In this document: in pieces, positions 48,859-57,582 of the stretch
Position numbering within the stretch: the stretch's first letter is position 1
How the letters are laid out: each line of letters begins with the position of its first letter
Assembly (NCBI GenBank): GCA_038199375.1
Contig: JBBPZA010000123.1
Span: 4,228-68,227 of the forward strand
Source: Solirubrobacterales bacterium
Lineage (GTDB): Bacteria > Actinomycetota > Thermoleophilia > Solirubrobacterales > Solirubrobacteraceae
Length of the DNA: 64,000 nt
Direction: 5' to 3'
Made by a program: the position numbers and the translations under genes
Notes under the pieces: generated by a model
Told to the model about the DNA's origin: nothing
Databases searched by the model: none
What the model saw: only the letters and a program-made list of their open reading frames with translations

Positions 48859-50369
48859 GCCTGCTCGCAGAGCGCTACCAGGTGAAGCGACGGCTGGGCG
48901 CGGGCGGAATGGCCGTCGTCTACCTCGCCCACGACGAGCGCCTCGGTCGCGACGTCGCGGTCAAGCGCCTTCACGCCGAGCGGCCGGAGAGCGACGCCAA
49001 GCGCCTGCGACGCGAGGCGAGGATTGGCGCATCGCTCCGGCACCCGGCGCTGGTGACGGTGTTCGACGTGGTCGCCGAGGCCGACAGCGTGCTCGTCGTC
49101 ATGGAGTACGTCGACGGCGGCACCCTGGCCGACGAGATCGCCCGCGGGCCGCTCGACGGCGCGCGGGCCGTCGCCCTGCTGCGGCCGGTCGCCGACGCGC
49201 TCGACCACGTCCACGACCGCGGGGTGGTCCACCGCGACGTCAAGCCGGCGAACATCCTCGTGGGCGGCCGCGGGGCGGTGAAGCTCGCCGACCTCGGCAT
49301 CGCGACGGCGGCGGAGTCGACGAGGATCACCCAGACCGGTGCGGTCATCGGAACGCCGGCCTACCTGGCCCCGGAGCGCCTGACCGGCGAGCCGGCTACG
49401 CCCGCGGGCGACATATGGTCGCTGGCCGCGGTCGCCTACGAGGCGATCTCGGGAACGAAGGTGCGAGCGTCGACCAACCCCGTCGAGCTGGCGACCAGCG
49501 CGAGCCGGGTCCCCGCCCCCAACCTCCGCACGACCCGCCCCGAGTGCCCGGAGGCGGCGGCGCAGGCGCTGCGGCGCGGCCTCGCCCCCGATCCGTCCGA
49601 CCGGCCCGAGACGGCGATCGAGCTCGTGGACGAGCTCGCCGCGGCGCTCGGGGGGGAGGCGCCGGCGGAGGCGCAGGCCGAGGCCGAGGGGTCGGCCACG
49701 GAGACGATGCCGCCGCCTACGCCACCTCCGCGCGCCGCTTCTCCCACACCACCCGTGCCCGCGGCTCCCGCCGGGCCATCCGCGCGCGCCGCTCCCGCCG
49801 CTCCCGCCGGGCCATCCCCGCGCGCCGGTCCCGCCGCTCCCAGGGGCGTCTCCCACGTCTCCCCGCCGGCCGGCCCGAGGCGCCGGGCCGGTGTGCTCGC
49901 CCTGGCCGCCGTGCTCCTCGTGGCGGGCGCGGTGGCGGGCGTCGCCCTGCTCTCCGGCGGCGACGACCGCGACGACGCCGCTGGACGGGCGATGCCGACG
50001 GCCCCCACCCGCACGACCGAGGCGCGCGTTCCATCCGCCGCGGTCATGGCGCCGGCGGCCGCCGTCCGCGACTTCTACAAGAGAGCCGCGAGCGATGACA
50101 CCGACGGGGCGTGGGCACTCGCCAGCCCCGCGCTCCGCGACCAGCTCGGCCCCCGGGAGCGCTTCGACGCGACCTTCTCCACGCTCGAGTCGATCCGCTT
50201 CGGGCGCCTCGAGGTCACCGACCAGGGTGCGAGGACCGCGACCGTGGCGATCCGCACCGTCGCTCGCCACCCCGACCGCACGGACCGCTGTCAGGGCACC
50301 GTCGAGACGGTGCGACCCGGGGAGCGCTGGCTCGTCGACCGCCTGGGCGTCGCCTGCGACTCCGGCTGA
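48855..50369 (+). CDS. transmembrane Ser/Thr protein kinase (Hanks type)
   Basis: LGAGGMAVVYLA...VAVKRL, HRDVKPANIL, DLGIA, GTPAYLAPE. Pro-rich linker, TM helix VLALAAVLLVAGAVAGVALL, and an extracytoplasmic ~130-aa domain. ATGA overlap with the DUF1996 gene at 48855-48858. Confidence 0.9.
   Translation: MSLLAERYQVKRRLGAGGMAVVYLAHDERLGRDVAVKRLHAERPESDAKRLRREARIGASLRHPALVTVFDVVAEADSVLVVMEYVDGGTLADEIARGPLDGARAVALLRPVADALDHVHDRGVVHRDVKPANILVGGRGAVKLADLGIATAAESTRITQTGAVIGTPAYLAPERLTGEPATPAGDIWSLAAVAYEAISGTKVRASTNPVELATSASRVPAPNLRTTRPECPEAAAQALRRGLAPDPSDRPETAIELVDELAAALGGEAPAEAQAEAEGSATETMPPPTPPPRAASPTPPVPAAPAGPSARAAPAAPAGPSPRAGPAAPRGVSHVSPPAGPRRRAGVLALAAVLLVAGAVAGVALLSGGDDRDDAAGRAMPTAPTRTTEARVPSAAVMAPAAAVRDFYKRAASDDTDGAWALASPALRDQLGPRERFDATFSTLESIRFGRLEVTDQGARTATVAIRTVARHPDRTDRCQGTVETVRPGERWLVDRLGVACDSG
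49764..49835 (+). repeat. 36-nt tandem duplication (2 copies, 34/36 identical) in the kinase Pro-rich linker
   Basis: gctcccgccgggccatccGcgcgcgccgCtcccgcc / gctcccgccgggccatccCcgcgcgccgGtcccgcc, encoding APAGPSARAAPA / APAGPSPRAGPA. Confidence 0.9.
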
Positions 50370-50475
50370 TCCCTCAGCGCCTCGCCGGCCGCTCGTCGGT
50401 CGCGATCGCCTCGGCGGCGCTGCGCTGCGAGCAGGCCAGGCGTCTTTCCTTCCACCCCGTCAACCCGTGCGGCGA

Positions 50476-51690
50476 TCACCCGATCCCGAAATGCACGTAC
50501 TGCGGCTCTACGTTGCGACGATCGCTGCCCCCCTGCATCGTGTAGCCCGACGCCACCCACTCCGAGGCTTGGGGCTGATGCCGTTTGCAGGAGAGGTAGT
50601 CGCCCCAGGCGCCTCCGGCCGGCCCGTTGGTGCCTGAGCGCGTGATGACGAGTCGCCACGCGCCACCGTCGCGGAAGCCGACGACGTGCGACGGATGTCG
50701 CGTGCCGCCGCCCATGAAGAGCGACACACCGACTACGCCCTGAGCATTCGGGCAGGCCGCAGGGTATGCGAAGGCGGACGACTGGTTCCAGAGGTCAGGC
50801 TGCTCAACGAGGGACCTGGCGGCCGCGTCGACGACGGCAACCTTGACGTAGGGCATGGGACGACCGGATCCTGCCGCAGCGGTCCACATGAAGCCCGCCC
50901 GGTTCCCGCTCACCCAGGCCCCGGTGATCCGCGAGTCGGTTCGCCCCAGCCACTCGACGCCGCCCGGCCCCGGGGCGGAGTAGGGGCCCGCGCTCCACGC
51001 GCTGACCCCCACATCGAATGAGCCGATCGCTCCCGAGCCGTCCGGCCAGTTGTATACACGCAGTGTCGTCCCGCCGTTATGGCTGGCGAAGAACATCGTG
51101 TTCCCCGCCCCCTGGGTGAGACGGAGCGAACCGTTGGCGGTCGTCGACCACCACTGGTAGCCCAGGTTGGTCCTGTTCTTCAGGGGGTCGAGCGGCAGCT
51201 TGAAGACGAACGCGCGCTGCCAGGCACCGGCCGTGTTGAAGGCATTGAAGGTGAGGTAGAGATTGTTGGTGCTGACCGCGGCGTCGGGATAGTCGAACCA
51301 CATGTCCGTCCAGGCGGCGTTCAGTCCCTTCGGGCTGAAGTCCCACCAGTACCAGGACCCGAAGCTGCTTCCTCGAGAGATGGCGACACGGAAGACGTTG
51401 CTGCCGCCCGTCTGGAGGTACTGGAGAATCCAGATCCATATGTCGCGACTGGGCTCGTAGAGGATGATCTGGTCACAGCAGAACCCTCCGGCGGCCGAGG
51501 GAAGCGCCGTGAACGGATCGACCAGCGCGAAGCTCCCCCCGCCCGAGGTGCTCTTGCTGGCAAACCAGTTACCGGTGAAGAACACGTTGCTTCCCGACGC
51601 TGCCGCGGTGGGCTCGTCGATGTTGGATGTCCGCTCGCTCGTGACGGCGTCAGCGAGGCCGATGTTCTGGACAAGACGGACAGTTGCCAT
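50476..51690 (-). CDS. hypothetical aromatic-rich protein, possibly beta-propeller (sialidase-like) fold, no signal peptide
   Basis: 404-aa ORF, unusually rich in Trp/Phe/Tyr/Asn/Ser. EPTAAASGSNVFFTGNWFASKSTSGGGSF resembles a degenerate Asp-box context. G+C is visibly lower than the neighbours. Confidence 0.6.
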   Translation of the reverse strand: MATVRLVQNIGLADAVTSERTSNIDEPTAAASGSNVFFTGNWFASKSTSGGGSFALVDPFTALPSAAGGFCCDQIILYEPSRDIWIWILQYLQTGGSNVFRVAISRGSSFGSWYWWDFSPKGLNAAWTDMWFDYPDAAVSTNNLYLTFNAFNTAGAWQRAFVFKLPLDPLKNRTNLGYQWWSTTANGSLRLTQGAGNTMFFASHNGGTTLRVYNWPDGSGAIGSFDVGVSAWSAGPYSAPGPGGVEWLGRTDSRITGAWVSGNRAGFMWTAAAGSGRPMPYVKVAVVDAAARSLVEQPDLWNQSSAFAYPAACPNAQGVVGVSLFMGGGTRHPSHVVGFRDGGAWRLVITRSGTNGPAGGAWGDYLSCKRHQPQASEWVASGYTMQGGSDRRNVEPQYVHFGIG

Positions 51691-51740
51691 CGCTGCTCTC
51701 CTCCTCGACCGCGCACGCCTGCGCCGCAGGCGTGCGGCCG

Positions 51741-51980
51741 CTAGCTCTCTTCGGGAATGGTCTCGGGCACGCCGTCGTCGTCATCCCGATCGGGGGGGCC
51801 CATCGGCTTGCGAGGGCCGGTCAGCTTCTCCTCGCGGGAGTCGAGCTCCTCGGGCGTCGGGCCGCCCCCCTCAGGGGCAGCCAAGTCGCGCGTGTCCGAC
51901 GATCCGTGTGGTTCACCGGCGGATGCCACTGAGGCATTCGCCGCGCCCTCTGCATACGGTTGGTGCTTTGCATCAGTCAT
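51741..51980 (-). CDS. small acidic, probably disordered protein
   Basis: ATG at 51980 follows GGAGGTCGCGAG. MTDAKHQPYAEGAAN...PDRDDDDGVPETIPEES. 50 nt upstream of the 404-aa gene on the same strand. Confidence 0.45.
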   Translation of the reverse strand: MTDAKHQPYAEGAANASVASAGEPHGSSDTRDLAAPEGGGPTPEELDSREEKLTGPRKPMGPPDRDDDDGVPETIPEES

Positions 51981-52031
51981 CTCGCGACCTCCGGCCGACG
52001 GCAATTGAGGGTGGGTATCCGGGTATCGACT

Positions 52032-52328
52032 CTACGCCGATCCCTCGCCCCGCTTCTGGCGGCGCACTTCCCGAGGGCCACCATCCCTGGTCTCTGCGAG
52101 GCGTCCCCACAGGCGAGGTGCGGCGACGGCGACGACGCAAGCGCAGAGGCCGGCGAGCGCCAGGTCCACGGGGATGAAGAACAGTTCCTCGCCGTTGATC
52201 AGCGTCGCGACGACCCCGAAGGCCAGGCTCATCGCGGCGATCCACGTGGCGCGCAGCCTCCTCGAGGATATGCCCAGCCCGGCCGCACCGACCAGAGCGC
52301 CGGTAATTGCAGGAAGGATCTCGCCCAC
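52032..52328 (-). CDS. small membrane protein (three hydrophobic segments)
   Basis: GTG at 52328 follows AGAGGGGG. ILPAITGALVGAAGLGI, WIAAMSLAFGVVATLI, LALAGLCACVVAVAA. Confidence 0.4.
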   Translation of the reverse strand: MGEILPAITGALVGAAGLGISSRRLRATWIAAMSLAFGVVATLINGEELFFIPVDLALAGLCACVVAVAAPRLWGRLAETRDGGPREVRRQKRGEGSA

Positions 52329-52506
52329 TTGTCCAGCCCCCTCTTTCGCTGGGGAAACCCTATACGAGGAGCAGGCCGCCGAACGAGGGCATGCCGCTCA
52401 GTCTCTCCTACTTGCGTCCGTCAGGAGCGTCGTCTGGGTCGGTGCAAGACGGATACGCGAGTCGGACGGCCCGTCCTAACGCGTGTGAGCAGGCGGCGCT
52501 CGCCGG

Positions 52507-52701
52507 TCAGACAACCGCCCGGTCTTCGTCTCTGGCGGCTGATCGTGGCTGCTGCGCAGCCAGAAGCCGGTAGGGCAAGGGCGACTGGAACATCGGCGAT
52601 GCGACCCTCCACCGGCCAATGCAGCGCGGGCAGTGCTCAGGCGCCGCCCACGGCTGGCGCACCTTGATCGAGAGCTGACAGTGGGGGCAGTTCGCGTACA
52701 T
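52507..52701 (-). CDS. small zinc-ribbon protein
   Basis: GGAGG lies 7 nt before the ATG. MYANCPHCQLSIKVRQPWAAPEHCPRCIG has CPxC...CPxC. Confidence 0.5.
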   Translation of the reverse strand: MYANCPHCQLSIKVRQPWAAPEHCPRCIGRWRVASPMFQSPLPYRLLAAQQPRSAARDEDRAVV

Positions 52702-52946
52702 GCTTCGGCCTCCGAGCGGAAATCAACGGGTCGGCTCACGGAGCCACCGCGCACCTCTCCAGTGACGATGTCTCCATGGTCTTTCGTGGCCGCGGGCTTC
52801 TTCCCAAGACCGCCGCCGAGAGGCAGCCTACCGCTCGCAGGCCGGCGCAACTAAGCGCTCTGGACATATAGCGGAGACCCTTCAGGGCGTCGACCGTCAC
52901 CCCGCGAGCGCGTCTGTGCTTCCCCCAAGCGGAATACTGGCGGACG

Positions 52947-53366
52947 ATGGCACGCGAGAACGAGGAGCGGGTGAAGGGCATCTTCGAGGCGTTCAGCCGG
53001 GGTGACTTCCGCACGGCGCTCCAGGACGTCCGCCTGGAGGTGCGGGCCCACCGCATAGCCCCTCTCCCCGATCCGAAGACCTACACCGGCATCGCCGGGA
53101 TGCTCATGGCCTGGGGCGAATGGACGGCCCCGTTCGAGGAGCTCGAGCTGACGGTCGCAGAGGTGATCGAGGTCGGGCAGAGCATCGTGGCCGAGATCCG
53201 GCAGCAAGGCACGGAGAAGGACGGCGGCGCGCTCGTGGAGGGCCAGTACTGGTTCGTCTGCACGTTCTTCGAGGGAGAGCTCGTGCAGTGGGACATGCTC
53301 GCGAGCAGGCGTCAGGCCCTCAAAGGCGTCGGGATGGTGGAAAAGCAGCCGCCGGACCCCGAGTAG
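52947..53366 (+). CDS. SnoaL/NTF2-like (ketosteroid-isomerase-like) protein
   Basis: ENEERVKGIFEAFSRGDFRTAL...YWFVCTFFEGELVQWDMLAS is the typical layout. Confidence 0.65.
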   Translation: MARENEERVKGIFEAFSRGDFRTALQDVRLEVRAHRIAPLPDPKTYTGIAGMLMAWGEWTAPFEELELTVAEVIEVGQSIVAEIRQQGTEKDGGALVEGQYWFVCTFFEGELVQWDMLASRRQALKGVGMVEKQPPDPE

Positions 53367-53373
53367 GCGGGCA

Positions 53374-53964
53374 CTACCCGTCCGCGAGGCCGGGCGGGCC
53401 CAGAAGGTCGACGATCGTCGCTCTGGCATGGTCGAAGACCACGGGATCCTCGCGTACCTGGAAGAGCGCGTCGGCGTTGGTGAGCGTGGAGAAGAGCGCA
53501 AACGCGGTCTGCCGGGGATCCTTCCTGATGGGCAGCTCCCCGCTCGCGTTGGCCTTGCGCACGGCCGCCTCCAGGGCAGTGGTCTGTCGGTCCACGGCGC
53601 TTGCGAGGGCCTTGGCCACCGCGTCGGCCCGGCCCGCGAACTCCACGGCGGAGATCACGAAGAAGCATCCGCCGGGGAAGACCTTGCGCTGGTAGAAGGA
53701 CAGCCAGCGCTCGAGCAGCACGTGCAGCCCGTGTTGGGCGCTTTGGGGGGGGTCGAGCACGACCTCGGCCTCGAAGACCTCCCACGCTTGGGCGATGGTC
53801 GCCAGCTGGAGCTCGTGCTTGGAGCCGAAGTGCGCAAAGAGCCCGCTCTTGCTCATGTTCACCGCTGATGCCAGACTTCCGAGCGAGAGCTCCTCGAGCC
53901 CCTGCAGGGAGCCGAGCTCCAGCGCAGCGTCCAAGATCGCCCCTCGGGTTCCCTCCGCTTTCAT
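53374..53964 (-). CDS. TetR-family transcriptional regulator
   Basis: TRGAILDAALELGSLQGLEELSLGSLASAVNMSKSGLFAHFGSKHELQLA is the TetR N-terminal HTH. Confidence 0.9.
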   Translation of the reverse strand: MKAEGTRGAILDAALELGSLQGLEELSLGSLASAVNMSKSGLFAHFGSKHELQLATIAQAWEVFEAEVVLDPPQSAQHGLHVLLERWLSFYQRKVFPGGCFFVISAVEFAGRADAVAKALASAVDRQTTALEAAVRKANASGELPIRKDPRQTAFALFSTLTNADALFQVREDPVVFDHARATIVDLLGPPGLADG

Positions 53965-53975
53965 GAAGGCTCTCG

Positions 53976-54001
53976 AAATAGCACGATCGGTCGTGCTATT
54001 T
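53976..54001. promoter_or_regulatory. perfect 11-bp inverted repeat, candidate TetR operator
   Basis: AAATAGCACGA-tcgg-TCGTGCTATTT begins 12 nt upstream of the TetR start codon, in the divergent intergenic region. Confidence 0.5.
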
Positions 54002-54037
54002 TGTGTGGAGTCTGGCCCACGAGGGGTGAGGTCGCCA

Positions 54038-54565
54038 GTGGATCAATGCACGGACACAGCAGGGGAGGAACGGCGCAGGGCTCTGTTCGAGGAGGCGCTG
54101 TCGCTGATCGAGCGCACCTATGAGGACGATCGCCTGACGGTCTCTGACCTCTCACAGAAGATCTTCACTTCCCGGCGCCAGCTCCAGCGCGCGTTCGCCG
54201 AGGCCGGCACGAGCGTCCAAGAGAGGCTTCACGCTACCCGAATGCAGCGCTCCGCAGAGCTGCTCGACGACTCGTCGCTGACAATCGCGCAGATCGCGCG
54301 CAGCGTGGGCTACCGGCAGCCGCCGCAATTCGCCAAGGCCTTTCGCCGCTACTACCGGCTGACCCCCTCCCAGTGGCGCACCGCCACCAGGTCGACCCCT
54401 CGCGAAGCGATCTCGATGATCGGCCCACCAGGGTCGCAAGCGCCGACGGAGATCCTCCCCCGGCCCGTACCGCCGCGGCCGGCGCGCGACGAGCACGAGC
54501 GCGATCTCGAGCGTCGCCTGCGAGAGCTCGACCGCCGCTTTCACGAGCTCGAGCCCGCCGCCTAG
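54038..54565 (+). CDS. AraC-type HTH protein without a recognisable sensor domain
   Basis: LTVSDLSQKIFTSRRQLQRAFAEAGTSVQERLHATRMQRSAELLDDSSLTIAQIARSVGYRQPPQFAKAFRRYYRLTPSQWR is the double AraC HTH. GTG at 54038 follows GAGGGGTGAGG. Pro/Arg-rich, then a coiled C-tail. Confidence 0.7.
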   Translation: MDQCTDTAGEERRRALFEEALSLIERTYEDDRLTVSDLSQKIFTSRRQLQRAFAEAGTSVQERLHATRMQRSAELLDDSSLTIAQIARSVGYRQPPQFAKAFRRYYRLTPSQWRTATRSTPREAISMIGPPGSQAPTEILPRPVPPRPARDEHERDLERRLRELDRRFHELEPAA

Positions 54566-54585
54566 CTGGCCGCCGAACCCAGCCG

Positions 54586-54915
54586 CTATGTCTCGGCGGC
54601 GGCCCCGCCGGAGGACTTTGCGTCAATGACCTCGCCCGCCTCGGCCAGGGCGACGAAGGACGCCTTCTCCACCTCCTCGCGCGACATGCCGGCGGTGGCC
54701 GCTGGCGCTGAGAGCTCGAAGTGACGGTGGGGCTCATCGGTCCACACGAGAAACCACGCGGTTTTAGCCACGGCTCGATTTCCACCGGGGCCGCCGACGT
54801 CCCCCCGGCGCTCGCGGGAGTGGTAGACGAGAGCCACGATCCTGTCGGAGACGACCGCTCCGTAGGCCGTGCCGACAGGCACCCAAGAATGGTTCGGCGG
54901 GGATTCAGGCTCCAC
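54586..54915 (-). CDS. hypothetical protein
   Basis: Tracked 109-aa ORF with ordinary composition. No motif recognised. Confidence 0.4.
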   Translation of the reverse strand: MEPESPPNHSWVPVGTAYGAVVSDRIVALVYHSRERRGDVGGPGGNRAVAKTAWFLVWTDEPHRHFELSAPAATAGMSREEVEKASFVALAEAGEVIDAKSSGGAAAET

Positions 54916-55169
54916 TGCGAAGTCTCCTCGTGCTGGCGGTTGCGGGGCTCACGGCGGGGCACGGATCGTAGGGCAGCGCCCCCACGGACCATGAGGCCGG
55001 ACGGACCAAGACCCCCATATCCTGCATCGCTTGGAGGCGCTTGAGCGCAAGGTGGAGCACATCTGCACCCACCTTGTGAACGGATGGCAGGGGCGGCGGT
55101 CATTCCGCCGCTCGTCGATGATCTTGTCCGAGCGGGTCGCGCCGGCGTCAGGTTCGGCTTGCGAAGCGA

Positions 55170-55242
55170 TGGGCGGTGCCCGGCTCGAACGGGCGACCTC
55201 CTGCGTGTAAAGCAGGCGCTCTACCAGCTGAGCTAACCGCCC
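55170..55242 (-). tRNA. tRNA-Val (anticodon TAC)
   Basis: Reverse complement GGGCGGT-TA-GCTC-AGCTGGTA-GAGC-G-CCTGC-TTTACAC-GCAGG-AGGTC-GCCCG-TTCGAGC-CGGGC-ACCGCCC-A. All stems are Watson-Crick. Anticodon loop UU-UAC-AC. Confidence 0.9.
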
Positions 55243-55577
55243 GCGGGGCTCGATGGTAGCCGTCAGACCAGCTGCCAGCGCCGGAGAGTCGTCTGGCGGC
55301 GCGGTGGCCCTCGCCTCCCGCGGCGATCGCCGCGTCCACGGTCCGCTCCGAGATCAACGGGCGCTCGTCCCAGACGATGGCCAGGCTGCAGCCCCTCCGG
55401 ACGAACCTGGGCAGCTTGGGTGAGCTCGCACAGTCCGAGGCGATCGTCATGCTTGGCGGCCGCTTGAAAATCGGAGCGGCGATCAGCCGACCTGGGACGT
55501 GGTTGAGGGTGGCAGGGTCGCGCGGGTCGGCGGACATACACACCGAGGACGCAGATCACCCTCCTCCAGTGTTGCGC

Positions 55578-55862
55578 TCATGCGATCGGGCGCGCCGAGC
55601 GCCCGGCGCGGCGACCGAGGAGGGTGTTGTAGACCGCGAGCAGCAACAGAGCGCCGAGAATCGCGATGATCCACGTGCCGATGCTGAAGAACGAGTCGAT
55701 CGAGCCGACCCCCAGCGCGGAGGCGATGAAGCCGCCGAGCAGGGCACCGACCACCCCGATGGCCAGCGTCCCGACAACGCCCCCCGGCTCCGCGCCGCGG
55801 TGGATGAACTTGGCGATGATCCCAGCCACGAGGCCGAGCACGAGCCAGCCGATGATTCCCAT
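55578..55862 (-). CDS. GlsB/YeaQ/YmgE-family stress membrane protein
   Basis: ATG at 55862 follows AAGGAGA. MGIIGWLVLGLVAGIIAKFI...GTLAIGVVGALLGGFIASALG is the family signature. Confidence 0.8.
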   Translation of the reverse strand: MGIIGWLVLGLVAGIIAKFIHRGAEPGGVVGTLAIGVVGALLGGFIASALGVGSIDSFFSIGTWIIAILGALLLLAVYNTLLGRRAGRSARPIA

Positions 55863-56131
55863 GATGTCTCCTTGGTCGTCGGGACGCCGCCTCTCGGCGG
55901 CCGCCCCGTCTGGCTGTTGTAGAGCAGCATCACCGCACGACCACCGCACGGACATGGGGGGTGGGACCCACATTGCTCGTGTTTACCGCCAACTCGCATG
56001 GCAGGTGGGACGAGACCTCCAACGAGACAGGATTCATAGATCGAAAGTGGGTCCACCAAGCCGAGCAGCCGGGCGGGCGGCGCTCGCCTTCCGCCGGTGC
56101 CGCACCGCGTCATCGTGTCACCGTTGACACG

Positions 56132-57340
56132 ATGAACGCCGCCCAGACCGCAAAGCGCCGAGTCCGCCGGGCCATGGACCCGCTAACCGACTTCGTCCAC
56201 GACGAGGCTGCGGGGGGTATCGCGCTCGCCATCGCGACGCTGGCAGCACTCGTGTGGGTCAACAGCCCCGTAGGGGACAGCTACTCGTCCTTCTGGGGCA
56301 GCGAGCTGACACTCGGATTCGACTCGCTGGCAATCCGCGAGGACCTGCAGCACTGGGTCAATGACGCCCTGATGGCGCTCTTCTTCTTCGTCGTCGGTCT
56401 GGAGATCAAGCGCGAGCTGGTCACTGGCGAACTGCGCGAACGCAGAGCGGCTGCACTTCCGGTATTGGCCGCCCTTGGCGGTGCCGCGCTGCCCGCCCTG
56501 ATCTTCCTGCTTCTCACCGCCGGTAGTGCCGGCGGCGAAGGTTGGGCAATCCCGATGGCCACCGACATCGCGTTCGCCGTCGGGGTTCTGGCCTTGCTCG
56601 GCGATCGGGTCTCCGCCGGCGTCAAACTGTTGGTGCTCACGATCGCGATCGTCGACGACATCATCGCGATCTCCGTGATCGCCGTCTTCTACTCGGACGA
56701 CTTGTCCGCGACCTGGCTGCTGGCCGCGCTCGCAGGCCTCGGGCTCGTCGTACTTCTGCGCCGAGCCGGCGTGGCCCGCGTGCTCGCCTACGTGCCCGTC
56801 GGCCTGTTCGTGTGGGTGGCCACCCTCGAGTCCGGCGTTCACGCGACGATCGCCGGCGTCGCCCTTGGTCTGCTCACGCCCGCACGCCCGATCGCCGGCC
56901 GCCATGTTCTCGAGGAGATCGAGCACCGCCTGCACCCCATCACCAGCTTCGCCGTCGTACCCCTGTTCGCGCTAGCCAACGCGGGCGTCGTGCTGAACGC
57001 CACCACGCTCGGTGATGCGGCGACCAGCCGGGTCGCTTGGGCGATCGTGCTCGGCTTGGTCATCGGGAAGCTGCTCGGCATCACCGGCGCCAGCCTGCTC
57101 GGCCTTCGTCTCGGAGTCGGCACCCTGCCCGAGGGAGTGCAGCCGCGCCAGATCTGGGGGGTGGCCGCGCTCGGCGGGATCGGGTTCACCGTCTCGCTGT
57201 TCATCGCCCAGCTCGCCTTCACCGACCCCGCCACCGTCGATCTCGCGAAGGTGGGCATCTTCGCCGGCTCGCTGGCCAGCGGCGCGCTCGGCGCCCTGCT
57301 GCTCATTCGCACCACACCTCGAGCCCATCAGCGACGCTGA
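56132..57340 (+). CDS. nhaA: Na+/H+ antiporter NhaA
   Basis: LQHWVNDALMALFFFVVGLEIKRE and PMATDIAFAVGVL are NhaA signatures. ATG at 56132 (MNAAQTAKRR...). Confidence 0.9.
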   Translation: MNAAQTAKRRVRRAMDPLTDFVHDEAAGGIALAIATLAALVWVNSPVGDSYSSFWGSELTLGFDSLAIREDLQHWVNDALMALFFFVVGLEIKRELVTGELRERRAAALPVLAALGGAALPALIFLLLTAGSAGGEGWAIPMATDIAFAVGVLALLGDRVSAGVKLLVLTIAIVDDIIAISVIAVFYSDDLSATWLLAALAGLGLVVLLRRAGVARVLAYVPVGLFVWVATLESGVHATIAGVALGLLTPARPIAGRHVLEEIEHRLHPITSFAVVPLFALANAGVVLNATTLGDAATSRVAWAIVLGLVIGKLLGITGASLLGLRLGVGTLPEGVQPRQIWGVAALGGIGFTVSLFIAQLAFTDPATVDLAKVGIFAGSLASGALGALLLIRTTPRAHQRR

Positions 57341-57354
57341 CCGGAGTACCGGCG

Positions 57355-57374
57355 AATGGGCAGCGGTGCCCATT
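57355..57374 (+). terminator. short hairpin 15 nt after the nhaA stop (weak terminator candidate)
   Basis: AATGGGCA-gcgg-TGCCCATT, an 8-bp stem. No U-tract follows. Confidence 0.25.
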
Positions 57375-57582
57375 GCGTGCGCCGGTAATCGTCGATGACC
57401 TGTGCTCCATGCCCCGTCGATCGGACGTGTCATCTCATCTCCAAGACCGAGACACGACAACGTGAAGGAAACGTTCGCCGTGATCGCCTTCTTCTTCGGC
57501 GTGTCCTTGCTGAGCTGCTTGTTCGGCGCGCTGCTGATCGGGCTCCTCGCGCTCCTCGTGACGTGACCCGACAAGCCCAACT

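Noticed and set aside
53963-54037. Longer AraC-type ORF starting at ATG 53963 (MKALEIARSVVLFCVESG...)
   Set aside because: This start would overlap the TetR start codon and translate through the operator palindrome. GTG 54038 has an SD-like GAGGGGTGAGG and leaves a normal divergent intergenic region.
54995-55169. Open frame reading DPHILHRLEALERKVEHICTHLVNGW... just downstream of tRNA-Val
   Set aside because: There is no ATG/GTG/TTG start after the preceding stop at 54992-54994, and the frame continues into the tRNA. It is probably non-coding or a decayed fragment.
55148-55543. 131-aa minus-strand ORF upstream of tRNA-Val with decent GC3 in its first ~90 codons
   Set aside because: The reading frame has no stop before the tRNA and runs straight through the tRNA-Val gene (55170-55242). 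I recognise no motif. It may be a gene remnant, but I cannot support a functional CDS.
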